A DNA stretch of 46,588 nt from Actinomycetota bacterium (lineage in GTDB: Bacteria > Actinomycetota > Acidimicrobiia > Spongiisociales > UBA5794). Location: positions 1 through 46,588 of the forward strand of contig JASJYA010000001.1 of assembly GCA_030125685.1 (NCBI GenBank), given 5' to 3'. The number at the start of each line of letters is the position of its first letter. The first letter of the stretch is position 1. A program made the position numbers and the translations under genes. The notes below the pieces were generated by a model. It was not told the DNA's origin. It did not search any database and worked only from the letters and a program-made list of their open reading frames with translations. Shown here one piece after another: positions 19,872 through 27,984 of this stretch.

Positions 19872-19960
19872 ATCCGCAATCCGCAAGCAGTCTGGCGTCT
19901 GGCATCTGGCGTCAGGCGTCAGGGAAGAAACTCTTCCTGTGACCTGTGACCTGTGACCTG
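19872..19960. repeat. composite of three heptamer arrays (ATCCGCA x2; TCWGGCR x5; CTGTGAC x3.4) around a short hairpin
   Basis: Read directly: arrays at 19872-19885, 19891-19925 and 19937-19960, with the hairpin GGAAGA-aac-TCTTCC at 19923-19937. Confidence 0.9.
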
Positions 19961-19962
19961 AT

Positions 19963-20727
19963 TCAGAACTTCAAATAACCGCCGTCGATGGTGATGGTGT
20001 CCCCTGTGTGCCAGGCCGAGGCGTCAGAGGCCAGGTAGACGGCGATTCCTGCGAAATCCTTCGGATCACCCCAGCGTCCAGCCGGGATTCGCGGTTTCAC
20101 CTGCGCCTCAAAGCGATCTTCTGTGATGAACCCGTCTGTCATCCCTGTGACGACCCAGCCGGGCGCAATGGCGTTCGCCCGAATGCCGTGTTTCCCGTAT
20201 TCGACGGCCAATCCCTGGATGAGGGCGCGAACGCCTGCCTTCGTGGCGGCGTAGTGCTCCCCTCTCGGAAATCCCACGTCCGCAGACACCGAGGAAGTCA
20301 CGATGAGAGATCCACCACCGCGTGGCTGCATGTGGTTCACTGCCTCGCGAAACGTCCAGAACACACCATCCATGTTGACAGCGAAGATGTGCCGCCACTC
20401 CGCGGTCGTCATATCGCCAAACGGCGTCGCAAGAGCACCGACTCCTGCGTTCGCGAAAACGGCGTCGACGTGGCCCAGCGCTTCGACGGTCGCCACGAAG
20501 GCTTCGACGACTTCGCTTTCTGATGAGACGTCGACATCGAACGAGTAGGCCTCCCCTCCCTGCCTCGTGATAGCGTCCCTCGCCTCTGCGTTGCGATCGG
20601 GGTTCCTTCCCCAGATCGCAACCGAGGCGCCCGCCGCTCCAAGCGCTTCCGCCATGGCAAGCCCAATGCCATTGTTCCCTCCTGTAACGAGTGCGCCCTT
20701 ACCGTGCAAATCGAAGAGATTCGTCAT
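19963..20727 (-). CDS. SDR family oxidoreductase (FabG/gluconate-5-dehydrogenase-like)
   Basis: VTGGNNGIGLAMAEAL and YAATKAG. Start refined to ATG 20727, which has an upstream GGAGG. Confidence 0.8.
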   Translation of the reverse strand: MTNLFDLHGKGALVTGGNNGIGLAMAEALGAAGASVAIWGRNPDRNAEARDAITRQGGEAYSFDVDVSSESEVVEAFVATVEALGHVDAVFANAGVGALATPFGDMTTAEWRHIFAVNMDGVFWTFREAVNHMQPRGGGSLIVTSSVSADVGFPRGEHYAATKAGVRALIQGLAVEYGKHGIRANAIAPGWVVTGMTDGFITEDRFEAQVKPRIPAGRWGDPKDFAGIAVYLASDASAWHTGDTITIDGGYLKF

Positions 20728-20822
20728 TTTTCCTGCCTCCGTAATCGCCTGGACATGGCACTCTAGAGGCACCGGGTCCGGAGCTGCCGCGAGTTTCTTC
20801 GATAGCCCGGTACCTTTGCGCC

Positions 20823-21779
20823 ATGCGTCGCCGCATCGTGCACAGGGGGATCGTGCCCCTCATCATCGTTCTCGCACTGGTAGCGTCGGCGTGCAACACC
20901 CGCCCCACGCCGGATGCGTTCAATACAACGACCGCAAATACGGCCGACCTCGGCCTCGGCGGCGCCGTATCCACGACGCCGCCGACACTTCCACCTCCCG
21001 AGGAGCGTGTCATTGGATCTGTGATCTCGGTAATCGACGGGGACACCGTCACACTTCGGATCGCAGGCGTCGACCGCGATGTCAGACTACTCGGGATCAA
21101 CGCCCCCGAAACGTCTGCATGCTGGGGCCCTGATGCGGCTGCCCTCCTGTCGGCGATGATCGTCGGTCGAGACGTCCTCCTCGTCTCAGGCGACGAGGAC
21201 GCCGACTCCTTTGGCCGACTCCTCCGCTACCTCTATCTCGACACGACAGCCGGGCCGGTGTTCGTCAACTCGGAGATGGTGAGAGCCGGAAACGCACTTG
21301 GGCTCCAGAACGGACACGAATACGAACGGGCGTTCAAGTCTCTCGAAGGCGCAGCGTTCCAATCCGGAAGGGGTATGTGGGGGACGTTCGTGTGTGGTGA
21401 CGCGGAAGGCATCAGAGCCGATCGTCCTGTGATCCGCGTATCGGCCATCGAGTTCGACCCTCGGGGGCCGGATGACGACAATCTCGATGAGGAGTGGGTC
21501 ACGATCGTGAACGAGGGCTACGGACGAGTGTCACTTTCGGGGTGGACGCTGAGAGACGAGAGTTCGCGACACCGCTTGACGCTGCCACAAGGGATTGTGC
21601 TCGCCCCAGGCGATGAGCTCACCGTCGTGACCGGATGCGAAGGCGGGCCCGTCGACGCAATTCACTGGTGCAGCGACTCAGCCGTTTGGTCGAACCAGGG
21701 CGACACCGTGATCGTCTCTGACACGCTCGGCAACGCAGTGGTTTGGTACACGTACACCGGCGAGGACGCCGGTAAGTAG
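20823..21779 (+). CDS. secreted thermonuclease (SNase-like) lipoprotein with C-terminal lamin-tail domain
   Basis: Lipobox LVASACNT and SNase motifs VISVIDGDTVTLRI and LLGINAPE. LTD-like C-terminus IEFDPRGPDDDNLDEEWVTIVNEG...LSGWTLRDES. Confidence 0.75.
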   Translation: MRRRIVHRGIVPLIIVLALVASACNTRPTPDAFNTTTANTADLGLGGAVSTTPPTLPPPEERVIGSVISVIDGDTVTLRIAGVDRDVRLLGINAPETSACWGPDAAALLSAMIVGRDVLLVSGDEDADSFGRLLRYLYLDTTAGPVFVNSEMVRAGNALGLQNGHEYERAFKSLEGAAFQSGRGMWGTFVCGDAEGIRADRPVIRVSAIEFDPRGPDDDNLDEEWVTIVNEGYGRVSLSGWTLRDESSRHRLTLPQGIVLAPGDELTVVTGCEGGPVDAIHWCSDSAVWSNQGDTVIVSDTLGNAVVWYTYTGEDAGK

Positions 21780-21787
21780 TACGATGT

Positions 21788-23338
21788 TCAGCCGATCTTT
21801 CGGCTGACGCTTTTCATCTCCATGAAGAGCCTCAGGTAGTCCGGGCCTCCCGCCTTCGCATTGCTTCCAGACATGTTGAAACCACCGAACGGCTGAATGC
21901 CGACGAGTGCACCCGTGATCTTCCTGTTCAAGTAGAGATTGCCGACGTGGAACTCCCGCTTTGCGCGATCAAGGCGCGATTCGTCACGAGAGTGCAGACC
22001 TCCGGTTAAGGCGAATTCGGTGCTGTTTGCGACTTCAAGCGCCTCATCGAAATCCTTCACGGTTATGACGGTCAGAACCGGACCGAATATCTCGTGCTGG
22101 GCTAGCCTCGCGTCAGGCGCGACACCATCGAAGATCGTCGGTTCGATGTAGTAGCCGCCGTCCCGATCAATGGCGGCGCCACCCATGACAAGCTCTCCTT
22201 CCTCCCTGCCTGCATCGATCTCGGCCAGAATGGAACGGTGCTGCGCCGCCGATATGACAGGCCCGACAGGATGATTCTCAGTCGGAGGCCCCACGCTCAA
22301 CCTCGATGCGTGCTCGACGACTTTGTCCAACACTTCGTCATGTACGGACTCAAACACGATCAGTCGACTGCACGCTGAGCACTTCTGACCCTGGAACCCG
22401 AAGGCAGACCGAACCGCGTCGAGCGCCGCAGCGTCGAGGTCGGCAGTGTCGTCGATGATGAGCGCATCCTTGCCACCCATCTCCATGTACGCCCGCTTCA
22501 GCCACTTCTGGCCGTCCTGGACCTTCGCTGAGCGTTCAGCGATACGGAGTCCGACTTCCTTTGACCCTGTGAAGTTGATAAACCGCGTCCGGGGATGGTC
22601 GACAAGCGCGTCACCGATCGTGCCACCGGATCCCGGAAGGTAGTTCACGACACCCGGAGGCAGCCCAGCCTCCTCAAGAACCTTGATAAAACCCCATCCA
22701 ACCAGCGGCGTGTTGGAGGCAGGCTTGAGCACGACAGTGTTCCCGGCGGCTACCGGGCCGACCGTCATGCCTACAAGGATCGCAAGAGGAAAATTCCAGG
22801 GGGGAATCACGACACCTGCGCCGATCGGCTGGAGCCAGGATTCGTTCGTCTCCCCTGGAAATTTCTCGACTGGCACAGGCTCGGCCATGCGAAGCGCCTG
22901 ATGTGCGTAGTAGCGACAGAAATCGATCGCCTCGGCGACATCCGCCTCGGCCTCCGCCCAGTTCTTCCCCGCTTCGAACGTCTGCCAGGCAGAGAATTCA
23001 TACCTCCGCTTCGCGATGATGTCGCCAACCCTGTGAATCAGGCCTGCGCGCTCCTCCGCTGTTCGAGTCGACCATCCGGTATATGCCTTCCAGGCAGCGT
23101 CTATCGCGGCGCCGGCGTGTTCGACACCACCGGATGCTGACGTGCCGACAAGCTTGGCGGGGTCCGCCGGGTTTATCGATTCGATCGAAGTCTTCGTATC
23201 AACGTGCTCGCCCCCGATGACGAGCAACGATCGCTCGCCGAGAGTTGCCGCCACTTTGTCGAGGGCAAGCCGGTATCCCTCGCTCGCTGCGGGCTCACTG
23301 AAATCGGAGTAGGGCTCTGAGCGGTATGGAGCAAGCAC
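21788..23338 (-). CDS. pruA: L-glutamate gamma-semialdehyde (1-pyrroline-5-carboxylate) dehydrogenase
   Basis: ALDH motifs EMGGKDALIIDDTADLD and FGFQGQKCSACSRL, with end-to-end resemblance to bacterial P5CDH. Start refined to GTG 23338 (GGAGG 4 nt upstream), giving the family-typical N-terminus VLAPYRSEP. Confidence 0.9.
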   Translation of the reverse strand: MLAPYRSEPYSDFSEPAASEGYRLALDKVAATLGERSLLVIGGEHVDTKTSIESINPADPAKLVGTSASGGVEHAGAAIDAAWKAYTGWSTRTAEERAGLIHRVGDIIAKRRYEFSAWQTFEAGKNWAEAEADVAEAIDFCRYYAHQALRMAEPVPVEKFPGETNESWLQPIGAGVVIPPWNFPLAILVGMTVGPVAAGNTVVLKPASNTPLVGWGFIKVLEEAGLPPGVVNYLPGSGGTIGDALVDHPRTRFINFTGSKEVGLRIAERSAKVQDGQKWLKRAYMEMGGKDALIIDDTADLDAAALDAVRSAFGFQGQKCSACSRLIVFESVHDEVLDKVVEHASRLSVGPPTENHPVGPVISAAQHRSILAEIDAGREEGELVMGGAAIDRDGGYYIEPTIFDGVAPDARLAQHEIFGPVLTVITVKDFDEALEVANSTEFALTGGLHSRDESRLDRAKREFHVGNLYLNRKITGALVGIQPFGGFNMSGSNAKAGGPDYLRLFMEMKSVSRKIG

Positions 23339-23455
23339 AAGACCTCCAGAAAGGTTGATTCCAATGCGCCAAGGGTACGACATCGGTGTGTTCTCACGTG
23401 AAACGGGGACCCAACGAATCACTGAAGTAGCCTGAATCGCCGCCGATGAGGAAGA

Positions 23456-23824
23456 ATGCGTCAACGCGTGCTAGTCATCGAGGACTCGCCTTCGGTCAGA
23501 AGGCTGATCGAGGTGTGTCTCAGAGCGCTCGACGTCGATGTCTCGACTGCGGTCGACGGAGCGACGGGACTCGAACAGATCGACGCTACCGACCCACACA
23601 TCGTCGTACTCGATATCGGTCTCCCCGGGCTCGACGGTTGGGATGTGTTGAGCCGTCTGCGGGACAAGCCGGAGTTCACCGAGATGAAGGTACTCGTACT
23701 CACCGCCCACGCGCAGCCTGAGATGGCTGACCGAGCTGCTGAGGGCGGCGCCGACGCGTTCATGACCAAGCCCTTCCGACCGATAGATCTCCGGATCCAG
23801 GTCGAGAAACTCCTAGCAAGCTAG
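23456..23824 (+). CDS. single-domain response regulator (REC only)
   Basis: 122 aa with VLVIEDS, VVLDIGLPGLDG (phospho-acceptor Asp), VLVLTA and MTKPF. No output domain. Confidence 0.85.
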   Translation: MRQRVLVIEDSPSVRRLIEVCLRALDVDVSTAVDGATGLEQIDATDPHIVVLDIGLPGLDGWDVLSRLRDKPEFTEMKVLVLTAHAQPEMADRAAEGGADAFMTKPFRPIDLRIQVEKLLAS

Positions 23825-23840
23825 ACAAGAGACAAGGGAC
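23824..23840. repeat. tandem heptamer GACAAGA GACAAGG GAC
   Basis: Read directly. It starts at the last base of the response-regulator stop codon. Confidence 0.7.
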
Positions 23841-23883
23841 CGCTCGGCTGACGCCTCGCTTTGCGACATGAGACCTTGGATCG

Positions 23884-23938
23884 CCTGTCTCCTGTCTCCT
23901 GTCTCCTGTCGCTACTCTTCTGTCGCTACTCTTCTGTC
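23884..23938. repeat. CCTGTCT x3.9 followed by the 14-mer GCTACTCTTCTGTC x2
   Basis: Read directly. The array ends at the base before the ATG (23939) of the lipid kinase gene. Confidence 0.9.
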
Positions 23939-24886
23939 ATGCGGTCGGCTGTGCTCATCTCGAATCCCTCTGCCTCCCAGTTCACCGGCGGATCGTTTCG
24001 CGAGGTCGTCGCATCCCTCTCAGCATCGTTCGACCTGGCGACAGAGTGGCCGATCAATGCAACCGAAGCGTCAACGGCGTCTGCTAGGGCTGTCGAGCAG
24101 GGCGTCGATGTCGTATTCGCCATGGGGGGCGACGGCGTCGCCCACCACGTCGCCAACGCGCTTGTCGGCACGAGCACCGCCCTCGGCCTCATCCCCGTGG
24201 GTACCACCAACGTCCTCGCGAGGGTTCTCGGCGTGCCTCTGGTTCCCCTGGATGCTGCGAAGTCAGCCACGGAATGGCGCCCCAGACCAACCCGTGTGGC
24301 GCTCGTGGAGGCTCTGACCGAATCCGGGAAGCAGACCCGGTACGCCACATTCTCTCTTGGAGTCGGGTTCGATGCGGACGTCGTCTCGATCGCTGAATCT
24401 CGCCCGTACGCGAAGCTACGATTCGGAGGCGTGCACTATGCCCGGACTGCCGTAGGCCGGTTGTTGTCGACCTGGCGATCTCACATGCCGAATCTGCGAA
24501 TCACATGCGAAGGCGATCGATTTGACGGCGTCGTCGCCCTGACCCAGGTCCACAGTCCATACACATACTTCGGAAAGGTTCCCCTTCACCTCGCGCACGA
24601 TCGTATCGACGGTCTTGCAACTCTGGCGGTGAGCAATCTCGGGATTCTGCGATCATCAGAGATCCTCGCGAGAGCCGTCCTCGGGCGGAGGCACAGGGAC
24701 GCAACCGGAACCCGGCTATGGACGGCCTATGAATCACTCGTCATCGAGGCCGAGCCTGCAACCGCCTTCCACGCTGACGGCGAGCTTCTCGGGATGGCGC
24801 GCTACTTGAAGATCACGCCGGCTCACACCGCGCTGCTCGTCCTGCGCCCCGAGAATCAACGCTCGGATCGGTCAGCGCCGTCGTGA
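23939..24886 (+). CDS. diacylglycerol kinase catalytic-domain lipid kinase (YegS/DagK family)
   Basis: MRSAVLISNPSAS N-terminus and VFAMGGDGVAHHVANAL motif. Start refined to ATG 23939. The ORF-track extension to 23861 translates the tandem repeats. Confidence 0.8.
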   Translation: MRSAVLISNPSASQFTGGSFREVVASLSASFDLATEWPINATEASTASARAVEQGVDVVFAMGGDGVAHHVANALVGTSTALGLIPVGTTNVLARVLGVPLVPLDAAKSATEWRPRPTRVALVEALTESGKQTRYATFSLGVGFDADVVSIAESRPYAKLRFGGVHYARTAVGRLLSTWRSHMPNLRITCEGDRFDGVVALTQVHSPYTYFGKVPLHLAHDRIDGLATLAVSNLGILRSSEILARAVLGRRHRDATGTRLWTAYESLVIEAEPATAFHADGELLGMARYLKITPAHTALLVLRPENQRSDRSAPS

Positions 24887-25740
24887 AGCACGACACTCAC
24901 GTAATTGAACGGGATCTCGATGCTCTCTGCGTCGAGCCGGTTCTTGATACGTCTGAGGAATTCACGCTTGACGGCCCACCGATCCTCAGTAACGACCGTC
25001 GCGAGCACTCGAATCACCACAGCGGATTCTGCGAGTTCGTTGACACCTAGCATGTCCGGCATCTGAAGAAAGCTGGATGACCAATCAGGATCATTCGCCA
25101 GCAGCGTCGCTTCGTCGAGAATCACCTCGATCGCGCGGTCAACATCGGTGTCATAGGACACCCCGATATCGGCGACAATCCTCGCGAAGTCCGGCGTCCT
25201 GTTCGATGCAACGATGATCTGGCCGTTCGGAACGTGGTGAAGGTTTCCGTTCAGGTCTCTCAGGACGGTCGTTCGCAGTCTGATCGCTTCGACCGTGCCG
25301 CTCACTCCAGCAATCGCCACGACGTCACCGATGCCGAACTGATCCTCTACAAGGATGAAGAACCCACTGATGATATCTTTGACGAGATCCTGGGCGCCAA
25401 ATCCGACCGCGATCCCTATCGTTGTCCCGACCGCGATCAAGGGAGTCATCGGGATTCCCCAGATTCCCATGGTCGTCAGGATGACGATCACCCAGACAAC
25501 GATGGAAACTAGCATCTTCAGGACCCTCGTGATCGTGACGAGACGCTGGCCTCGCTCCCTGTCAGAGTGATCGTCAGACTTGGCGTAACGGCTCTCGACC
25601 CTCCGCAACCATCGTGAGACGCCTCTTTTGGATAGACCGACGGCTACGATCGCACCGCCGATCACCACAGCAGTGGCGATCATATCTCCCCCGCTCTGGA
25701 CCCAGAATTCACTCCACCAGTCGGTTATAGATCCAAACAC
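24856..25740 (-). CDS. mechanosensitive ion channel (MscS family)
   Basis: N-terminal TM helices followed by the MscS beta-domain GDVVAIAGVSGTVEAIRLRTTVLRDLNGNLHHVPNGQI. GTG start with GGAGGG 8 nt upstream, inside the preceding gene. Confidence 0.85.
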   Translation of the reverse strand: MFGSITDWWSEFWVQSGGDMIATAVVIGGAIVAVGLSKRGVSRWLRRVESRYAKSDDHSDRERGQRLVTITRVLKMLVSIVVWVIVILTTMGIWGIPMTPLIAVGTTIGIAVGFGAQDLVKDIISGFFILVEDQFGIGDVVAIAGVSGTVEAIRLRTTVLRDLNGNLHHVPNGQIIVASNRTPDFARIVADIGVSYDTDVDRAIEVILDEATLLANDPDWSSSFLQMPDMLGVNELAESAVVIRVLATVVTEDRWAVKREFLRRIKNRLDAESIEIPFNYVSVVLHDGADRSER

Positions 25741-25744
25741 TCGG

Positions 25745-26647
25745 TCAACCCTCCATCAAGCCGTGAAGCACACTGATCGCCTCGACGCCCAACGATACGA
25801 AGGTTGCGGACGAAATCGCCGAACGCTCTGCCTTGCTGCTGTCATCGGCGTTGGCATGCATCGATGCTTGGGCATCGGCCCAACCACGATTTGCTGAAAT
25901 CCTGAGGTCGGTGACGAGTCTCGTGGTCACCGTTCGCTTGGTGTCGAGCCTTACAGACAGCGCAGAAACCAGCCGCGATACATCCACATTGGGCGCTCGC
26001 GCAGTCGTTGAGATGACCTCTGGCGCCGCGAAGCCGTCATCAATCAACAGTCGAGCAAGGTCTTCGGAGACGACATCAACCAAATCTCCGAGCCGGTCAG
26101 CATGGTTGAGAACAAAGAGGAATTGGTTCTCGTATGCGGTGAACTCCGACAGGAATCGGTCATGCATCGTCCTGTCCGAGTACTTTTCGGGATCGAACAC
26201 CCACACCACAGCGTCCACGCGCGGAAGCACATCTTCGACAATTCGCCTATGCCCTTCGACGGTACTGTCAAAGTCCGGAAGATCAACGAGAACTGACGAC
26301 TCAAGGGCGCCGGACTCGACCCGTTCCGTCACGCCGAGGTCACTGAGCAAGCGGTCGAGATTCACAGGTGAACGCATCGGCGTCACCGCGAGAGCCGCGT
26401 CCGTCGTCGGGCGAACCACGCCGATCGGCGCCACCGACTCTCCAACTATCCCGTTCACAAGCGAGGACTTGCCGGATCCGGTTCCGCCTGCGAACGCAAC
26501 GACGAGTGTTTCGCCGATGAATCCGCGTTTTCGACGCGCGCGGCGCACGGTGTCGGCGAGTTCTTCCCGAGACTCGTCGGACAGCACGCCTTCGCACCGG
26601 GCGACAGCGAGATCGGCGAGGTCGAGGAGAGACCCGAGGCTGCTCAT
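25745..26647 (-). CDS. P-loop GTPase-domain protein (dynamin/HSR1-like, paralog 2, degenerate G3)
   Basis: Walker A FAGGTGSGKSSLVNGIVG, switch-I-like GVVRPTT, G3 position reads LVDLPDFD, and G4-like VLNHADR. ATGA overlap with the upstream paralog. Confidence 0.65.
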   Translation of the reverse strand: MSSLGSLLDLADLAVARCEGVLSDESREELADTVRRARRKRGFIGETLVVAFAGGTGSGKSSLVNGIVGESVAPIGVVRPTTDAALAVTPMRSPVNLDRLLSDLGVTERVESGALESSVLVDLPDFDSTVEGHRRIVEDVLPRVDAVVWVFDPEKYSDRTMHDRFLSEFTAYENQFLFVLNHADRLGDLVDVVSEDLARLLIDDGFAAPEVISTTARAPNVDVSRLVSALSVRLDTKRTVTTRLVTDLRISANRGWADAQASMHANADDSSKAERSAISSATFVSLGVEAISVLHGLMEG

Positions 26648-27957
26648 CGTTCGCCGACCGCCCTGGCTGCTGCGAGCAGCTCACCGGGTTTGAACGTTCC
26701 AACAGCTTCGACAGCAGACCGCCACACGCCGCGGCGTCGCAAAGCTTCATCGTTCGCCACGTCGACCAACTGCCCGTGGATGTCTCGAATGGCAGAGTCG
26801 AGGTTCGCTCCCATCAATCGCTTCACTCGGCTGGCAACCTGTACGGTCGGATTCACGCCCACCTTCCACGACGTCTGATCGAGGAGCTGCTCGGCAGATG
26901 ATCTCCGCCAACGGATCTTCGCGTCCGACCGGAAGCGGTCCGCGGCTTCACTCCGCCACTGAACGAGGCTGTTCTCGAAAGCGGCGCTGCTCCACTGCCC
27001 CATCGTCTCGAGCATGCGCTGAGACACCTCGCTCCCGCTTGTGTCGATGATCTCGCGATCGAGGTCGTAAATAGATCGCTGCACGTGGTCGACCAATTCC
27101 TGCTCCGTCGCCAACCAGCTCTCAAGCACGGCCAATCCGCGGTCCGTGATTCTCTGAGGCGGAGCAGCGTCCACCGTGTCCCCCAATCGGCCGAGATCCG
27201 TCGCGCGAGCAGTGACCGCACCGGCAATGTATCGACCAGCCCTCGACGCCGCTGCGCGGGTGATCGCGATCTTGTCGCCGTCAGTGCTTCGACGAGCCAT
27301 AGCTCCGAGGACGCTGCTCGAGAGCTGATCGGCTCTGCCTCCTTCGTCGACCGTCACCACGTCAGCTCCAGCGAAATGGGATCGCACGGACGCGAGAACC
27401 TTTGAGCGCTCGAGAGACGGCCCGCCCAGCCGATTGAGCACGACCGTCCTCTGCGGTGTCGATTCCGCCGCGTCCCATAGGTCGCGCGTCTGGGCATCAC
27501 CATATCTGGAGGGCGAGACAACCACGATCGCGAGATCTGCGGACGACAACGCGGCTGCGGCGGCCTCCCGGTCGACCTCCCACCCGGGGGTGTCTACGAA
27601 CACCAAGCCCTCGGCCGCTGCGGGCACAACAACGTACTCGAATGCATGTTCGATAACGCCAGGACCCATGGACCCTGCCGCGACAACCGATCGAGTCGTA
27701 GGTCTCAGGACACCGACCTTGGACACTTCGGCCCCGACGAGCTCGTTGACAAGATGTGACTTTCCAACTCCGGTGCAACCGACGAGAACGACGGACATGG
27801 GAGAAGACAAGAGGTTGTCAAGGACATCCGCGGACGTCTGTGCGTCCCTGAGAACTCGCATATCCTCAGAGCTGAGAAGTACGCGCGGCACCCGTTCCAA
27901 GGCGTCCCTGAAGGCAGCCACTAGGTCAGCGGCCATTATTGATCCGATGCCGGGCAT
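26644..27957 (-). CDS. P-loop GTPase-domain protein with long helical C-terminal region (dynamin/HSR1-like, paralog 1)
   Basis: Walker A LVGCTGVGKSHLVNELVG, GVLRPTT, G3 FVDTPGWE and G4-like VLNRLG. About 230 aa of predicted helical C-terminus follow, with no obvious TM segment. Confidence 0.65.
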   Translation of the reverse strand: MPGIGSIMAADLVAAFRDALERVPRVLLSSEDMRVLRDAQTSADVLDNLLSSPMSVVLVGCTGVGKSHLVNELVGAEVSKVGVLRPTTRSVVAAGSMGPGVIEHAFEYVVVPAAAEGLVFVDTPGWEVDREAAAAALSSADLAIVVVSPSRYGDAQTRDLWDAAESTPQRTVVLNRLGGPSLERSKVLASVRSHFAGADVVTVDEGGRADQLSSSVLGAMARRSTDGDKIAITRAAASRAGRYIAGAVTARATDLGRLGDTVDAAPPQRITDRGLAVLESWLATEQELVDHVQRSIYDLDREIIDTSGSEVSQRMLETMGQWSSAAFENSLVQWRSEAADRFRSDAKIRWRRSSAEQLLDQTSWKVGVNPTVQVASRVKRLMGANLDSAIRDIHGQLVDVANDEALRRRGVWRSAVEAVGTFKPGELLAAARAVGER

Positions 27958-27984
27958 GTCCCCGGAAGCCGCGATGCGGAACGG

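Noticed and set aside
19872-19960. Whether the short tandem repeats could be a CRISPR array.
   Set aside because: The units are 7 nt and directly abutting, with no spacers. The arrays are 2-7 units long, and no cas genes are present apart from a stand-alone Cas4-like fold.
25745-27957. Calling the GTPase pair an Eleos/LeoABC-type dynamin defence system or IniA/IniC.
   Set aside because: The sizes (437 and 300 aa) and the lack of TM or paddle segments do not obviously match. The context (mca, mscS) looks housekeeping, and I cannot run the profile comparison. I kept only the generic dynamin/HSR1-like GTPase call.
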